54,999 nt of DNA. It comes from a virus (lineage: Duplodnaviria; Heunggongvirae; Uroviricota; Caudoviricetes). The translations under genes and the position numbers were made by a program. Under the pieces are notes generated by a model. The model was not told where the DNA came from, searched no databases, and saw only the letters and a list, made by a program, of their open reading frames with translations. The DNA lies in the IMG/VR virus record IMGVR_UViG_3300042885_000900; one strand, 5' to 3'. Positions 16,045 through 27,101 of this stretch are shown here, in pieces; the stretch's first letter is position 1, and each line of letters begins with the position of its first letter.

Positions 16045-16287
16045 TTAATTTAATGGGTTCGCTTTCCCCCTCGTTAAGCCTGATTCCCATTTTTCACCTT
16101 TCAAACCTAGTCTATTGGCTTTACCTCTAACTAAACCGGTTTCCCATTTTGTTACGGTATTGGTTGAGCCACCACCAGAACTGGCACCATCTACGGGAGC
16201 CTCTTCTTGTTCCCCAAGTTCTTCATTTGAATTTGTTGTTGTAAATTCTTTCATTAAAGAAATAATACGGTCAATATCTGTAATCAT
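16045..16287 (-). CDS. Hypothetical protein with repeated KWE(T/S)GL.RGKAN motif
   Basis: ORF. Confidence 0.75.
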   Translation of the reverse strand: MITDIDRIISLMKEFTTTNSNEELGEQEEAPVDGASSGGGSTNTVTKWETGLVRGKANRLGLKGEKWESGLTRGKANPLN

Positions 16288-16292
16288 ATTTG

Positions 16293-16601
16293 TTAAAATA
16301 ATTGGGTATCGGGTAACCTTTTAGGGTAAATTAGGTAATATTCATTTAAAAATGATATTATTTCTTCCTCTTCAAAATCTTGGTCAAAAAACTCATCAAA
16401 ATAGTCTTCCTCTTCTTCTTCATCTTCATAAAAATTATCGGAATTATTTTGGGTTAATACATATCCAAATGTTTTAGATTCTTCTAAATCTATTTGGTCT
16501 GTTCTAATTTCATCCTCATTATCGGAATGAATTCTAAATGTAACTTCTAAAGTTTGTGATGTTTCGTTAATATAGAAAGACACCAATTCTTTAATTTCCA
16601 T
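16293..16601 (-). CDS. Acidic hypothetical protein
   Basis: ORF. Confidence 0.75.
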   Translation of the reverse strand: MEIKELVSFYINETSQTLEVTFRIHSDNEDEIRTDQIDLEESKTFGYVLTQNNSDNFYEDEEEEEDYFDEFFDQDFEEEEIISFLNEYYLIYPKRLPDTQLF

Positions 16602-16612
16602 ATTCTATTAAT

Positions 16613-17236
16613 TTAATTATATTTCATAAATCTTTTGAACATATCCAAAGATTCGGTAATGTTTGAAATTATATCGTCTTGTTCACCTTGTTCAAATTCG
16701 TCAACCTCATCTTCAAGACCAAATAAATCAATAATATTTAAATCAAAATCATCATCACTATCATCAGGATTGGTCAATGCCATTATATCATCGTCATTAA
16801 ATAATTCATCTTCTAACTCTTCAAAATCTTCATCATCTTCAAATGTTCCGTGTTCTAAATCATCATCTCCATCGCCAATCATATCTAATTGCTTACCAAC
16901 TGAAACATAATGTCCTTCATCTTCTTCACTTTCAAATGATTCTTCAGGAGCATTTGCTCCACCATAAGGAATGAACTGTTCGTTTTCTTCATCAGAGAAT
17001 AATCCAGTACTTTTTCCATCAGCATGCATCTCATTAATGTTCATATTTTTATATGATGAAACTTCACCCTTATTATTAACATTAATACCTTCTTTGTCGT
17101 TTGCGTAATCTTGAGTGTATAATGGTTGTTGATTTGTTTGTGAATAATTCGTCACATATCCATCATAAATCTCTTTATGTTGGTCAAGGATATTATTTTT
17201 CTCCTCATTTGTCATTTTAAAAAAATATGCATTCAT
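16613..17236 (-). CDS. Highly acidic hypothetical protein
   Basis: ORF preceded by TATTTAT. Confidence 0.8.
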   Translation of the reverse strand: MNAYFFKMTNEEKNNILDQHKEIYDGYVTNYSQTNQQPLYTQDYANDKEGINVNNKGEVSSYKNMNINEMHADGKSTGLFSDEENEQFIPYGGANAPEESFESEEDEGHYVSVGKQLDMIGDGDDDLEHGTFEDDEDFEELEDELFNDDDIMALTNPDDSDDDFDLNIIDLFGLEDEVDEFEQGEQDDIISNITESLDMFKRFMKYN

Positions 17237-17267
17237 AATTTTTGGTTTTTATTTATAAATATATTGT

Positions 17268-17867
17268 TTAATGTAAGTATACATAATTTTCAAGAACTTT
17301 TGTTGAATAAAGTCTGAGATATCTATTAATATTCTCTAACGAATCTTCCTTTTCCTCTGATTCCAAAACATTAATAACACCATTTATCATTTCTGATTGG
17401 GCTTGGTCAGCCAATTCTAAAACTTTGTTAAAGGCTTCTTCATTGTTAACCCCTTTATATTTAAATTCGTGCTCAATTCTTTCTTTACCCATATAAAGAT
17501 ATGGTGCAGACTCAAACATATTAACAATTCCCGATTTACTAACCAATTTAAGATATTTGTATAAAAATCCCATATTGAACAATTTAAATACTTTAGAATT
17601 TTTACTTAATTTTTTTAAATTTTCCGCATCATCTTCCGTTATTCCTTGTTTTTTCTTTTGTTTTTTTAATGGTTCAAATCCCCACATATCCTCACCATCT
17701 ATTAACATTAATGTACTACCATTATCCCAATTAACACTATAATGGTCTTCACCAAATATATGTTGGGCCTTTGTCACCGTTCCATAAGTATTTACTGGTA
17801 TAGAATATTCTCCGGGCATATAGTGGAGACACACTCTATCTCCGACTTTTAATCTAGGATTTGACAT
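17268..17867 (-). CDS. DUF4314-like (SH3) plus DUF5049-like protein
   Basis: GDRV.L..M...GTV....V.WDNGS.L.L..GED and SG.VNMF motifs recognised by eye. Confidence 0.55.
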   Translation of the reverse strand: MSNPRLKVGDRVCLHYMPGEYSIPVNTYGTVTKAQHIFGEDHYSVNWDNGSTLMLIDGEDMWGFEPLKKQKKKQGITEDDAENLKKLSKNSKVFKLFNMGFLYKYLKLVSKSGIVNMFESAPYLYMGKERIEHEFKYKGVNNEEAFNKVLELADQAQSEMINGVINVLESEEKEDSLENINRYLRLYSTKVLENYVYLH

Positions 17868-17919
17868 ATTTTTATTGTTTCTATTTAACAATAAATATAA
17901 TTAAAGTATTTATTATCAT

Positions 17920-18549
17920 ATGAAAAGGTTATTAATAATTAACGAACAACAAAAAAAATTGATTTTAACTGAATCAATCATTAATGAATTCACAAAATCT
18001 ATAGAAGAAGGGTATGACTATACCTCTAAAGTATTGAAAGAAGTGAATGAAAATTATAAATTAAATTTTGAGTTTCTTATAACTTGGGGTGCTAGTATTG
18101 GGGGTTTTATATCTCCGATAAGCGAATTTTTGCAAGGTAGATTCCCTGAAATGTCTGATTTGGATTTAAGTTTGGTCTTAACAGGTATTATTGCCGTTAA
18201 TTTTATTGATAATAGAAAAAGTGTAGAAAAAGTACTTAAACTAATTAGAGAGGAGGGGTTATCTGATATTTTTAAAGTTGGTTTAGATAAATCAATTGAG
18301 TTGAAAGAGGTTATGTTTAAATTTTTAGAGAGTTTGAATATAACATTATTTAAAATCACAAAAATGATGTCTTACGCTTTTATCATACCTATTTTAGTTA
18401 TGTTATATACAATGGTGATAAATAAACAAATTAATGAGTCTGATGCTAAAGAAATAACTTTAAGAATTTTAGGTAGTGGATTAGTTAATGTTGGTGGAAT
18501 TATGATAAAAGATTTAATTAGTAAATTAATTACTCGTTTTAAAAGTTAA
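17920..18549 (+). CDS. Putative membrane protein with N-terminal INE/LTE tag
   Basis: Hydrophobic segments; TATTTAT upstream. Confidence 0.8.
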   Translation: MKRLLIINEQQKKLILTESIINEFTKSIEEGYDYTSKVLKEVNENYKLNFEFLITWGASIGGFISPISEFLQGRFPEMSDLDLSLVLTGIIAVNFIDNRKSVEKVLKLIREEGLSDIFKVGLDKSIELKEVMFKFLESLNITLFKITKMMSYAFIIPILVMLYTMVINKQINESDAKEITLRILGSGLVNVGGIMIKDLISKLITRFKS

Positions 18550-19316
18550 AATTCTCCATTAATAAAATCACACATTTTATTACTAAAAGTACTCTGACTA
18601 ACATAATCATAACTATCAATTGGAATATCATTTATAGTTCCCATGTTAACATATGTGTGAGTCCAAATTTCACAATCCATTAATTCCATATATTTATTTA
18701 TTTCATCCCAAATAGCTTCGTCTAATCCTTGTTTAATATAATCCGTTTCAATAATGTATCCTGTTATTAACTCAAGTATTTCTTCGTTTGTAATATTAAT
18801 TAACACACCATCCAACGAAATTCCGATACAATCTAGTGTGATGTTACTAACAATACCATCATCAATATACATATCGGAACCATAATATCTTAAATATAAT
18901 TTTAATATTCTTTTTTTATTTCCACAATAAAAATATGTCTCAACAGATTTTACAGTGTTAGCTTTAAACAATTCGTGAGATTTATCTTTAAACCATTCTG
19001 GTAAATAACCACCATATCTTTCAATTTTTTTAACACCCAAATATATATCCTTAAGATTTCCTTTAACTTTTCCAAAGTCAGTTCCAATAAATTCACAAGC
19101 ACTTTCTATTATATGATTTGATTTACAGTAAAAATAATCCCATAACCAAGGAATATCTTTTTGGTCGTAATTTATATATAAATCATAATCAAATATTAAT
19201 TTACCATCATTAATATTTGTATCTTTAATATCAAAATTAAATTTAAAAGCTCCTACCCTGTTGGTACTTTTAGTTAGATATATTTTTAATCCAAGTAGGT
19301 CTGATTGTGTTATCAT
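18546..19316 (-). CDS. Hypothetical protein
   Basis: 256-aa ORF. Confidence 0.8.
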   Translation of the reverse strand: MITQSDLLGLKIYLTKSTNRVGAFKFNFDIKDTNINDGKLIFDYDLYINYDQKDIPWLWDYFYCKSNHIIESACEFIGTDFGKVKGNLKDIYLGVKKIERYGGYLPEWFKDKSHELFKANTVKSVETYFYCGNKKRILKLYLRYYGSDMYIDDGIVSNITLDCIGISLDGVLINITNEEILELITGYIIETDYIKQGLDEAIWDEINKYMELMDCEIWTHTYVNMGTINDIPIDSYDYVSQSTFSNKMCDFINGEF

Positions 19317-20272
19317 TTATTTAATAATGTGTTTATTACGATTTTTTCTTCTTCATCGTTTAAATTATGTATTTCTTTATGAGTATCAAACCAGTTTTGG
19401 ATAACCTGTTTATACGGTAATTTTCTTAATTTCGCAAGTCTTCTAAACCCAACTCTTTGAGATTTAATTTCTTGAGGTTGTAGATAATATTCTAAAGATT
19501 CCTTTGGGTATTCTTCATCAACATCTTCACCTCTAAAATATTGGTGTAAATGTTCCAATTCGTGAGCAATAATATCGTTTAATTCTCCTATAATATTGTA
19601 GAAATTTTTCTTTAATGTTTTAGGGTTAAATCTGATTAACAATTCTATAACATCATTATAATCAACACATCTAGATGTTGTCTTATAACCCTCCAATTCA
19701 TTATCTATTTGAAGTGTTAAATCTACAGTATAACTAAAAGGTAAATTTGTAAATATATATTCGTCGTCATTATTTGGTAATCTAAAATTACCCGATTTAC
19801 CATCCTTTAATTTATAAACCACATCCTTAACCGTTGTTCTAACAGCCACCCGACTCATTCTTGATTCGGTAATAGGTTTGGATTCGGGTAAATCAAAGTT
19901 AAGATTATCAATTGTTACTCTAACATAATCATCATCAAAAAATCTTAAATAACTTGCAATCGCTTGATTTAACCCATTATAAAAAGGGTATAGTTGAGTT
20001 TTAAACATTGATTCAAAATTGTGATGTTTATTTTTCTCATCAAATCCAAATACTAATCTAGATAAGGGGTCATTCAACCCAGTAATTGTCACATTAATTA
20101 ATAAATAATCGTAGTATTCACCAACACTCATCATTTTTTTAACACCGGTTATTTTAAACTTATATTCTATATTTATATTAGTTGTTGAGCCAGGAATTAA
20201 TTCACCACTATATTTAAAGGTTTTCTTTCCAACTAGCTCATTGATTCTTTCTATTAATTTTTGACTTATCAT
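19313..20272 (-). CDS. Protein with C-terminal HExxH metallopeptidase-like motif
   Basis: IAHELEHLHQ...YYLQPQEI. Confidence 0.7.
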   Translation of the reverse strand: MISQKLIERINELVGKKTFKYSGELIPGSTTNINIEYKFKITGVKKMMSVGEYYDYLLINVTITGLNDPLSRLVFGFDEKNKHHNFESMFKTQLYPFYNGLNQAIASYLRFFDDDYVRVTIDNLNFDLPESKPITESRMSRVAVRTTVKDVVYKLKDGKSGNFRLPNNDDEYIFTNLPFSYTVDLTLQIDNELEGYKTTSRCVDYNDVIELLIRFNPKTLKKNFYNIIGELNDIIAHELEHLHQYFRGEDVDEEYPKESLEYYLQPQEIKSQRVGFRRLAKLRKLPYKQVIQNWFDTHKEIHNLNDEEEKIVINTLLNK

Positions 20273-20331
20273 ACCTATAAATACTTTTATTATTAATTAA
20301 TTTAGTTATATTGATAATAAAATAGATTATT

Positions 20332-20490
20332 ATGTCACATTATAAAGAATTACTCAATTGGATTGAGTCAGAGCAGGAGAAATTCCCCGATGAAGATATT
20401 CAAAATGCTGAAATGGTTGCTTACGCAACTTTAGAATTAGTTAAAAGAAAAATAATGGAATTGCAAGAAAACAATGAAAATCATAAATAA
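20332..20490 (+). CDS. Small hypothetical protein (52 aa)
   Basis: Hand-translated MSHYKELLNW... Confidence 0.65.
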   Translation: MSHYKELLNWIESEQEKFPDEDIQNAEMVAYATLELVKRKIMELQENNENHK

Positions 20491-20532
20491 TTACATTTAT
20501 GACGATATTTATAATATAAAATTAATTCAGTT

Positions 20533-21045
20533 ATGAAAAAAATAGTTATAAACGAAAAAGAACTTCGTAAATCAATTAGACAACACCTATTAGAACAATC
20601 ACAGGTTGATGCTAAAGATAATAGAGAAGAAAAACAAAGATGTGTTGCAGGTAATGTAATACCTTTAGATACAATGATTGGCCCATCTGACAAATTTAAT
20701 AATTACACATCAAGTGTATTGAAACGAGATGGTGGAATTAACGGAATGGTAGATACTTTAGATGTGTTAAGAACATTAAGATTACACAACGGTATTGAGG
20801 ATAAAGGAGAACATTTGGCTTATAATTTAATGAATCACATCAATACCTTTAGAAATAAAAATTATTTTGATGAAACAAATAATGAATGTCAAAAGGCGAT
20901 GGATAAAGTAATTGAATTGTATAAAGAAAATAATCATGGTGAAGAACTTGTTAAAGATATTGAAAAAGTATTAGGTCATTCTGACCCATCACCTAGAGCT
21001 AAAGAATACCTTAAAAGATGTTTAATCTTAGTTAAGGAAAAATAA
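20533..21045 (+). CDS. Hypothetical protein with N-terminal INE tag
   Basis: ORF; TATTTAT upstream. Confidence 0.8.
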   Translation: MKKIVINEKELRKSIRQHLLEQSQVDAKDNREEKQRCVAGNVIPLDTMIGPSDKFNNYTSSVLKRDGGINGMVDTLDVLRTLRLHNGIEDKGEHLAYNLMNHINTFRNKNYFDETNNECQKAMDKVIELYKENNHGEELVKDIEKVLGHSDPSPRAKEYLKRCLILVKEK

Positions 21046-21181
21046 ACCTCATTCATTGGGGACATTTAGGACCGTTATCAGTGATGGTAACAAAATAAAG
21101 AGGAAAGTTCGCTACTATCCTCTTTTTTATTTTTTGTAATATTTATAATTGAGTAAATAAACATATTAAACCTTAATTAAA

Positions 21182-21316
21182 ATGGCGAAATCTAAAGGTG
21201 GTTCATCATCAAATAATAAACTTTCTTTTAACAAAATAAAGTTTTCAGGTAAACACAAAAAATCAAAAAACAAACACGACAGAACAGAGCAGAACTATCG
21301 AGGGCAAGGAAGATAA
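21182..21316 (+). CDS. Small basic peptide ending YRGQGR (44 aa)
   Basis: Hand-translated; TATTTAT upstream. Confidence 0.65.
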   Translation: MAKSKGGSSSNNKLSFNKIKFSGKHKKSKNKHDRTEQNYRGQGR

Positions 21317-21350
21317 TCTTTACTCATAAATTTTTTAACATTAAAATATT

Positions 21351-21632
21351 ATGAAAAATAAAAAGTATTTTTTTGGATGGACGAACATTAAATGGTTCAT
21401 TACCGAAATTGGAAAACAATATAGTAATTCAAGTTCCTATTTTTCAAAAAAAAGAGTGGAATCGGGAGTTGCTTTTAGTATAGGACAATTAGGTATGATA
21501 TTTTTTTTAATTAAAAAATACGAAACATTAACAATGTCAGATGTCCTTATGTGGGCGGCGGTAGAATTCGCAATTGCTGGATATATTGTGAATCAGATTC
21601 AAAAAGAAAAACAAGAAGAAACCCCCAATTAA
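21351..21632 (+). CDS. Two-TM membrane protein (holin-like)
   Basis: Two hydrophobic helices, charged tail. Confidence 0.7.
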   Translation: MKNKKYFFGWTNIKWFITEIGKQYSNSSSYFSKKRVESGVAFSIGQLGMIFFLIKKYETLTMSDVLMWAAVEFAIAGYIVNQIQKEKQEETPN

Positions 21633-21641
21633 GGGGGTTTT

Positions 21642-22112
21642 TTATTTACATTTAATCCTATTTTTCAACTCGTGTAATGCTGATATGGCGAGTTCAGTAT
21701 TATCATCCGGAATCACTCTCATAGATTCAACAACATCAGTATCATTAGTTCGTTTCATCACCATTGCGTGAGGTCTCACATTTCTTATTATGTTTTCTAA
21801 CTCATCAATTTGAGCAATTATTTCCTTTTCTCTTTCTATCCTTTTATTCGTACATTGTGATTGGCCATCAATCACTTCTTGGGTTAAATCATTAACTCTA
21901 AAGGACAAAGTATCTAATTGTGTATTCAGAGATATTATTTCTTTTTTTTGTCTTTTAACAACCAAAATCAATTGTGATGGGTCTGGTTTTAAAACACCAA
22001 TTATATCTGAACCAAATGTTATAAAAAAAGTTGATACACATAAAATGGTCAAAACCCAAAGTCGTTGGGTGATTGAGAATAGTGAGATAATATCTTTAAA
22101 ATACTGTAACAT
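21642..22112 (-). CDS. N-anchored coiled-coil protein (i-spanin-like)
   Basis: N-terminal TM helix followed by a coiled coil. Confidence 0.6.
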   Translation of the reverse strand: MLQYFKDIISLFSITQRLWVLTILCVSTFFITFGSDIIGVLKPDPSQLILVVKRQKKEIISLNTQLDTLSFRVNDLTQEVIDGQSQCTNKRIEREKEIIAQIDELENIIRNVRPHAMVMKRTNDTDVVESMRVIPDDNTELAISALHELKNRIKCK

Positions 22113-22123
22113 ATTAATAAATA

Positions 22124-22717
22124 TCAGTCATTCAAATATTCTAATAGTTTTTCTTTAACTCCTGATTGTTTGATTCCCTCATTTTCTCTTGGTGTATGAA
22201 CGAAATTGGATAACCCCCATTTTCTATCAAACCCATAAGAATCTTTTTCTCCTAACTGTAAATCGTCGATACAAACCCAATGTGTGATATCGGGATGGTC
22301 GGTTAGATATTGTCTAACTTCTATACATCTTTGTTGTTCGTACATCGTACTTCGTTTCCATTCAAATTCATCTGGTTTATCACAACCGATGTATCGTTTG
22401 GTGAATGCGATTGGGGCTTTTAAGATTCCTTTTGATAGGTAGTATTCTCCGATTTCTTCCAATGTTGCGTGTAATCTCCAATCAGAGGAAACAACAAGTT
22501 CTGCTCCGGTTTCGTCTAATACTTGATTTAATACTTTGACAGCTTTCTTATCAAAATCATCAAATCTAACCTCAACGGGAGCCATTGTGTCGCTGGTTAC
22601 TTCGGGATTAAGTTTTTTATACTTCTTCCATTTTTTCATACGACCACCCCAATTATTGGAGAGACAGATTACTCCGTCGTTATCCAAGAAAATTACTACT
22701 TTTTTATTTGTTTCCAT
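22124..22717 (-). CDS. HAD-family (Swiss Army Knife RNA-repair-like) phosphatase
   Basis: FLDNDGVI, VVSSDWR, WVCIDD. Confidence 0.85.
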   Translation of the reverse strand: METNKKVVIFLDNDGVICLSNNWGGRMKKWKKYKKLNPEVTSDTMAPVEVRFDDFDKKAVKVLNQVLDETGAELVVSSDWRLHATLEEIGEYYLSKGILKAPIAFTKRYIGCDKPDEFEWKRSTMYEQQRCIEVRQYLTDHPDITHWVCIDDLQLGEKDSYGFDRKWGLSNFVHTPRENEGIKQSGVKEKLLEYLND

Positions 22718-23099
22718 CTATTTCACCAATTTCTCTTTTCCAAATATAATTTTTATATTTAGGTATTATTCTTATTTCATATGGGATTCTTAAAACCGCT
22801 AATCTAACATTTGAAAAATGATTAACATACTTATCTATATCTTCAGAAAATAGAGGTAAGTTTTTTTCTCTTGCTCGTATTACCCATTCTAATTTATATC
22901 TTTCAATACAGAGATATTTTTGTCTTTCAACTAACTCCCATAACAATTCAGGTGTTAGAAGTCCTAATTTCTCTAAAGTTATAATTGCTTTACTAGTTGA
23001 GGTGCTTAATAATGAAATGTTTATGAGTTTCCCTTTTGCTCGTTTATAACTCAATTTTTTTAATGAATCAAAACTTCTTACTTTAATTATTCCTTTCAT
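22704..23099 (-). CDS. Hypothetical protein
   Basis: ORF with coupled overlaps. Confidence 0.7.
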   Translation of the reverse strand: MKGIIKVRSFDSLKKLSYKRAKGKLINISLLSTSTSKAIITLEKLGLLTPELLWELVERQKYLCIERYKLEWVIRAREKNLPLFSEDIDKYVNHFSNVRLAVLRIPYEIRIIPKYKNYIWKREIGEIDGNK

Positions 23100-23380
23100 T
23101 GTTCTTCGTTATATTTATTTATTTCGTCCCAAATTTCTTGTGATGTAGATACTTCACCCATTTCTCCGGTAAATCCTTTAATACCATTTTTACTTGGGAA
23201 CCATTCACCCTCACCATTTAATCTAATAAATGTTGAAAAGGCGTTTAGATTCCATATTGATTTTGTTTCTCTATTTGGATTGTCTGCACAATCTCCCATC
23301 CAAATATCAATACATCCTTCGGTACAATTAAATCGTGAGAATCTAACCCACCCTTCTTCTATTCTTTCCGGTGTTATCAT
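23096..23380 (-). CDS. Hypothetical protein
   Basis: ORF. Confidence 0.7.
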   Translation of the reverse strand: MITPERIEEGWVRFSRFNCTEGCIDIWMGDCADNPNRETKSIWNLNAFSTFIRLNGEGEWFPSKNGIKGFTGEMGEVSTSQEIWDEINKYNEEQ

Positions 23381-23526
23381 TCTTTAATTCTTTTAAAAAA
23401 ATATTTTCTTAAACTCACAACATCATTTGTCTCAACAGAAATCAATTCCCAACCCTCATTGCCAAGTTCATTTAATTTATATGTTCTGATAATACCCCAC
23501 TCAATTTTATACTCCCACTTTACCAT
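23377..23526 (-). CDS. DUF4177-like small protein
   Basis: Hand translation WEYK...LNELGNEGWELISV...YFFKR. Confidence 0.75.
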   Translation of the reverse strand: MVKWEYKIEWGIIRTYKLNELGNEGWELISVETNDVVSLRKYFFKRIKE

Positions 23527-23535
23527 AACTCAATA

Positions 23536-23691
23536 TTAATCATTTTCCTCTTCCCATTCATCTTCTTCTTCCTCTTTCATCTCATTCGCCTTAATTATTT
23601 TTCCCTCCGTTAAATTGTAAAGGACATCACCCAAACTATCCTGTGATAGGATGTATGTTTTAATTTCTTCTATTGTAAATGTTCTAGCCAT
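23536..23691 (-). CDS. Small acidic protein (51 aa)
   Basis: Hand-translated MARTFTIEEIK... Confidence 0.7.
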   Translation of the reverse strand: MARTFTIEEIKTYILSQDSLGDVLYNLTEGKIIKANEMKEEEEDEWEEEND

Positions 23692-23744
23692 AATGTATGT
23701 TATTTAAATCACTATATCGGTTGAGTGTCCGGAATAACGGACAT

Positions 23745-24002
23745 TTATATGTATGTATTAACTCTGTATGCCTCATAATTATAAAGATTGGCGGAGTAAT
23801 GTGGATACTTGGGGTCAACCAAATATTTGATAATGTTACCAGTCTTCAAATTCTTACTTTCCCAAATATATTGACCTGTCTCATTTAATGTCGGTAAAGT
23901 CATTACCTCACATTTAATTCCAACACCCAACTCATATTCATAATGAATATCTCCAATTTTAATCTCCTCAACAATTACGTCTCCTTTTGTGTATGTTTTC
24001 AT
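23745..24002 (-). CDS. Hypothetical protein
   Basis: ORF. Confidence 0.75.
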   Translation of the reverse strand: MKTYTKGDVIVEEIKIGDIHYEYELGVGIKCEVMTLPTLNETGQYIWESKNLKTGNIIKYLVDPKYPHYSANLYNYEAYRVNTYI

Positions 24003-24005
24003 CTA

Positions 24006-24506
24006 TTACGAGTTTAATATTCTTATTGCTTTATTTGTACATTCATTGGTTAATCCATACCCTATATCTATTGAGTCGGGATGATTGATGTTATTTGCTG
24101 TTCTAACAAAATGTCCTCTTTGGTGAGTTAAAAAATCGTTATCATCATCCAATATAACATAATTGGTAACATTTGGGTTCTCATCCAACCATTGTTCTAC
24201 CTCATGACCTCTCTCAACAGTATCATAAAATTCTGCTCTACCCTCATCAACAATTTGAACACAATCAACTGTTACATCAATTAATTCACCAGGCAGATTT
24301 CGGTCAATCCACATTTGTTTCATTTTTTCTAAACCAGCAAATCTCCAAGTTGAGGACATAACAATTTTGGCTCCCGTCTCATCAACAATCCTTTTAAGAT
24401 TATCTACGAACTCGGGATGAAATAAACGACCATAATCATCGTGCCCGGGATACCCGACATTCAGTACACCATCTATGTCCAAAAATATGACCTTAATCTT
24501 TTCCAT
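24006..24506 (-). CDS. HAD-family (Swiss Army Knife RNA-repair-like) phosphatase
   Basis: FLDIDGVLN, VMSSTWR, YVILDD. Confidence 0.85.
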   Translation of the reverse strand: MEKIKVIFLDIDGVLNVGYPGHDDYGRLFHPEFVDNLKRIVDETGAKIVMSSTWRFAGLEKMKQMWIDRNLPGELIDVTVDCVQIVDEGRAEFYDTVERGHEVEQWLDENPNVTNYVILDDDNDFLTHQRGHFVRTANNINHPDSIDIGYGLTNECTNKAIRILNS

Positions 24507-25011
24507 TTTTCTTTTTTGGTATTTCGTAATTTTCTTCCAACCATTCAAATAATTCGTTGGGTAAAATACACGGGTAAAAATCTATAAAATCAAATAAGAT
24601 TTCTTCCCAATCATTTTCTAATTGTTTTTGCTTATGTTCTGAAATAAATTGTTTTATACCTTCTCTTTTCTCGTCATTAAAGACATCTTCAACTTTAATT
24701 TCTTTTTCCGCAAAATACATAAACTCAAGACATTTATATACACTTATCCCACATCTCCAACTATCCATAATGTATTCATCATACTTTTCAAAATCCTCGT
24801 CGGTATATTTGTAATCGTCCTCTGTTCGTCTATCTTTTAATCTTATCAAATATTCGTCAAATGTTTCATTATATAAACCTAAATCCTCGTCATTATTCAT
24901 CATATCAATTAGATGTTGTTTTTGTTCTTGTTTAAGTGGAGAATGCTCCCAAGTATTTTGAAGACCATTTCCTAAATCATCATATTCCGGATTATCATAA
25001 CATTTACTCAT
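24493..25011 (-). CDS. Hypothetical protein
   Basis: ORF after a promoter motif. Confidence 0.75.
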   Translation of the reverse strand: MSKCYDNPEYDDLGNGLQNTWEHSPLKQEQKQHLIDMMNNDEDLGLYNETFDEYLIRLKDRRTEDDYKYTDEDFEKYDEYIMDSWRCGISVYKCLEFMYFAEKEIKVEDVFNDEKREGIKQFISEHKQKQLENDWEEILFDFIDFYPCILPNELFEWLEENYEIPKKKNGKD

Positions 25012-25093
25012 AGTTATTTATTTTATTGGACAAAGATAAACAAAAAACCCCAATAAAAAAATTATTGGGGTTAAAAATCATCAATATAATTTA

Positions 25094-26968
25094 TTATTCA
25101 GATTTTATCTCTTCAAATTCAACATCAGACACATCAATATCAGATTCTGAAACATCACCCTCATTAACACTTGAGTATAAATCTTGAGATATTTGTTGGA
25201 ACTTTTGAGATAGTTCTTCCGACAATACCTTAACATTTTCAATATCTCTACTAGAATGAGCTTCTTTCAACTTATCCATTGATTCAGTTATTGTTGTTTT
25301 TTGTTCTTCAGAAATTTTATCTTCCAAATCCGTCAAAGATTTACCTGTTTGGAAAATCAGGTTGTCAGCAGAATTTAATGTATCCACATCCTCTTTAAGT
25401 TTTTTGTCCGATTCAGCATTTTCTTCAGCCTCCAATTTCATTCTTTCAATTTCCTCTTGAGATAATCCTGAAGATGCCTCAATTCTGATTGATTGTGTTT
25501 TGTTTGTTGCTTTATCAACAGCGGAAACATTAATAATACCATTCGCGTCAATATCAAAAATCACTTCAATTTGAGGAGTTCCTCTCATTGCCGGTGGTAA
25601 CCCATCCAAGTGGAATCTACCGATTGTTCTATTGTCTTTTGCCATTGGTCTCTCACCTTGTAATACATGAATTTCAACAGATGGTTGATTATCAACAGCC
25701 GTTGAGAATACTTGAGATTTTTTAGTTGGGATTGTGGTGTTAGATTCAATTAGACGAGTTAAAACTCCCCCCATTGTTTCAATACCTAATGAAAGAGGTG
25801 TAACATCTAACAATAATACATCTTTCACATCACCAGCTAACACACCACCCTGAATAGCTGCTCCTAAAGCAACAACCTCATCCGGATTAACACCTTTTGA
25901 TGGTTCTTTACCGAAGAACTTTTTAACAGCTTCCTGTATCGCAGGAATTCTAGTAGAACCTCCAACAAGAATAACCTCATCAATATCGGTAATCTTTAAT
26001 TTAGCATTTTTCAAAGCTGATTTACACGGAGCAATAGTTCGTTTAATCAAATCACTTGCAAGTTGCTCAAATTTAGACCTTGTTAATGTTTTCACCAAAT
26101 GTTTTGGTCCGGTAGCATCAGCACTTAAATAAGGTAAGTTAATCTCTGTTTGAGGAGAAGAAGATAATTCAACTTTAGCTTTTTCAGCACCTTCTCTCAA
26201 TCTTTGTAATGCCATCGGGTCTTTTGTAATGTCTAAACCATCATTATCATTTTTAAATTCATCAACTAAATAGTCAATAATGATTTGGTCGAAGTCATCA
26301 CCACCTAAATGGGTATCACCATCTGTAGATAATACTTCAAAGACACCACCACCTAATTCAAGGATGGATACATCATGCGTTCCACCACCACAGTCAAACA
26401 CAACGATTTTACTATCACCTTTTTTATCAATACCATAAGCCAATGCGGAACTTGTAGGTTCAGAGATAATTCTCAAGACATTTAATCCGGCAATTTGACC
26501 TGCCTCAATTGTTGCTTGTCTTTGAGAGTCATTAAAGTAAGCTGGTACGGTGATAACCGCGTCAGTGATAGATTCTCCAACATAATCTTCAGCAGTTTGT
26601 TTCATTTTTTGTAAAATGATTGCTGAAATTTCTTGTGGAGAGTATTCTCTATCGTCAATTTTAACTCTTGGAGTGTTTCCACTACCTTTAACCACAGAAT
26701 ACGAAACTTTAGATAGTTCATCTACGATACTATCGTAATTAGCCCCCATGAATCGTTTAATTGATGATATAGTTTTTGTTGGGTTGGTTACAGCCTGTCT
26801 TTTTGCTGGGTCACCAACTTTTCTTTCTCCATCAGTTAAGAAAGCCACAATTGAAGGTGTTGTTCTTTTACCTTCGCTATTTGCGATAATTATGGGTTCG
26901 CCGCCCTCCATAATGGCACAACACGAGTTTGTTGTCCCTAAATCAATTCCTAGAACTTTTTTGCTCAT
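25094..26968 (-). CDS. dnaK: Hsp70 chaperone DnaK
   Basis: [40 protein letters not shown]. Confidence 0.98.
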   Translation of the reverse strand: MSKKVLGIDLGTTNSCCAIMEGGEPIIIANSEGKRTTPSIVAFLTDGERKVGDPAKRQAVTNPTKTISSIKRFMGANYDSIVDELSKVSYSVVKGSGNTPRVKIDDREYSPQEISAIILQKMKQTAEDYVGESITDAVITVPAYFNDSQRQATIEAGQIAGLNVLRIISEPTSSALAYGIDKKGDSKIVVFDCGGGTHDVSILELGGGVFEVLSTDGDTHLGGDDFDQIIIDYLVDEFKNDNDGLDITKDPMALQRLREGAEKAKVELSSSPQTEINLPYLSADATGPKHLVKTLTRSKFEQLASDLIKRTIAPCKSALKNAKLKITDIDEVILVGGSTRIPAIQEAVKKFFGKEPSKGVNPDEVVALGAAIQGGVLAGDVKDVLLLDVTPLSLGIETMGGVLTRLIESNTTIPTKKSQVFSTAVDNQPSVEIHVLQGERPMAKDNRTIGRFHLDGLPPAMRGTPQIEVIFDIDANGIINVSAVDKATNKTQSIRIEASSGLSQEEIERMKLEAEENAESDKKLKEDVDTLNSADNLIFQTGKSLTDLEDKISEEQKTTITESMDKLKEAHSSRDIENVKVLSEELSQKFQQISQDLYSSVNEGDVSESDIDVSDVEFEEIKSE

Positions 26969-27101
26969 AATTTAATAAGTTTTTTTTAAGTATATATGTT
27001 TATTTTTAATGTGTCAAACACATTTCACATATATTAAAAATTATACCAAAAAGAAAACCATGACAAATTGTCATGGTTCATATGTTATTGTGTCAGTATT
27101 G

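Noticed and set aside
26989-27017. E. coli-type TTGACA-N17-TATACT promoter before dnaK as evidence for a proteobacterial host
   Set aside because: TTTGAC also fits the Bacteroidota -33 element, and the dominant motif in the window is TAnnTTTG.
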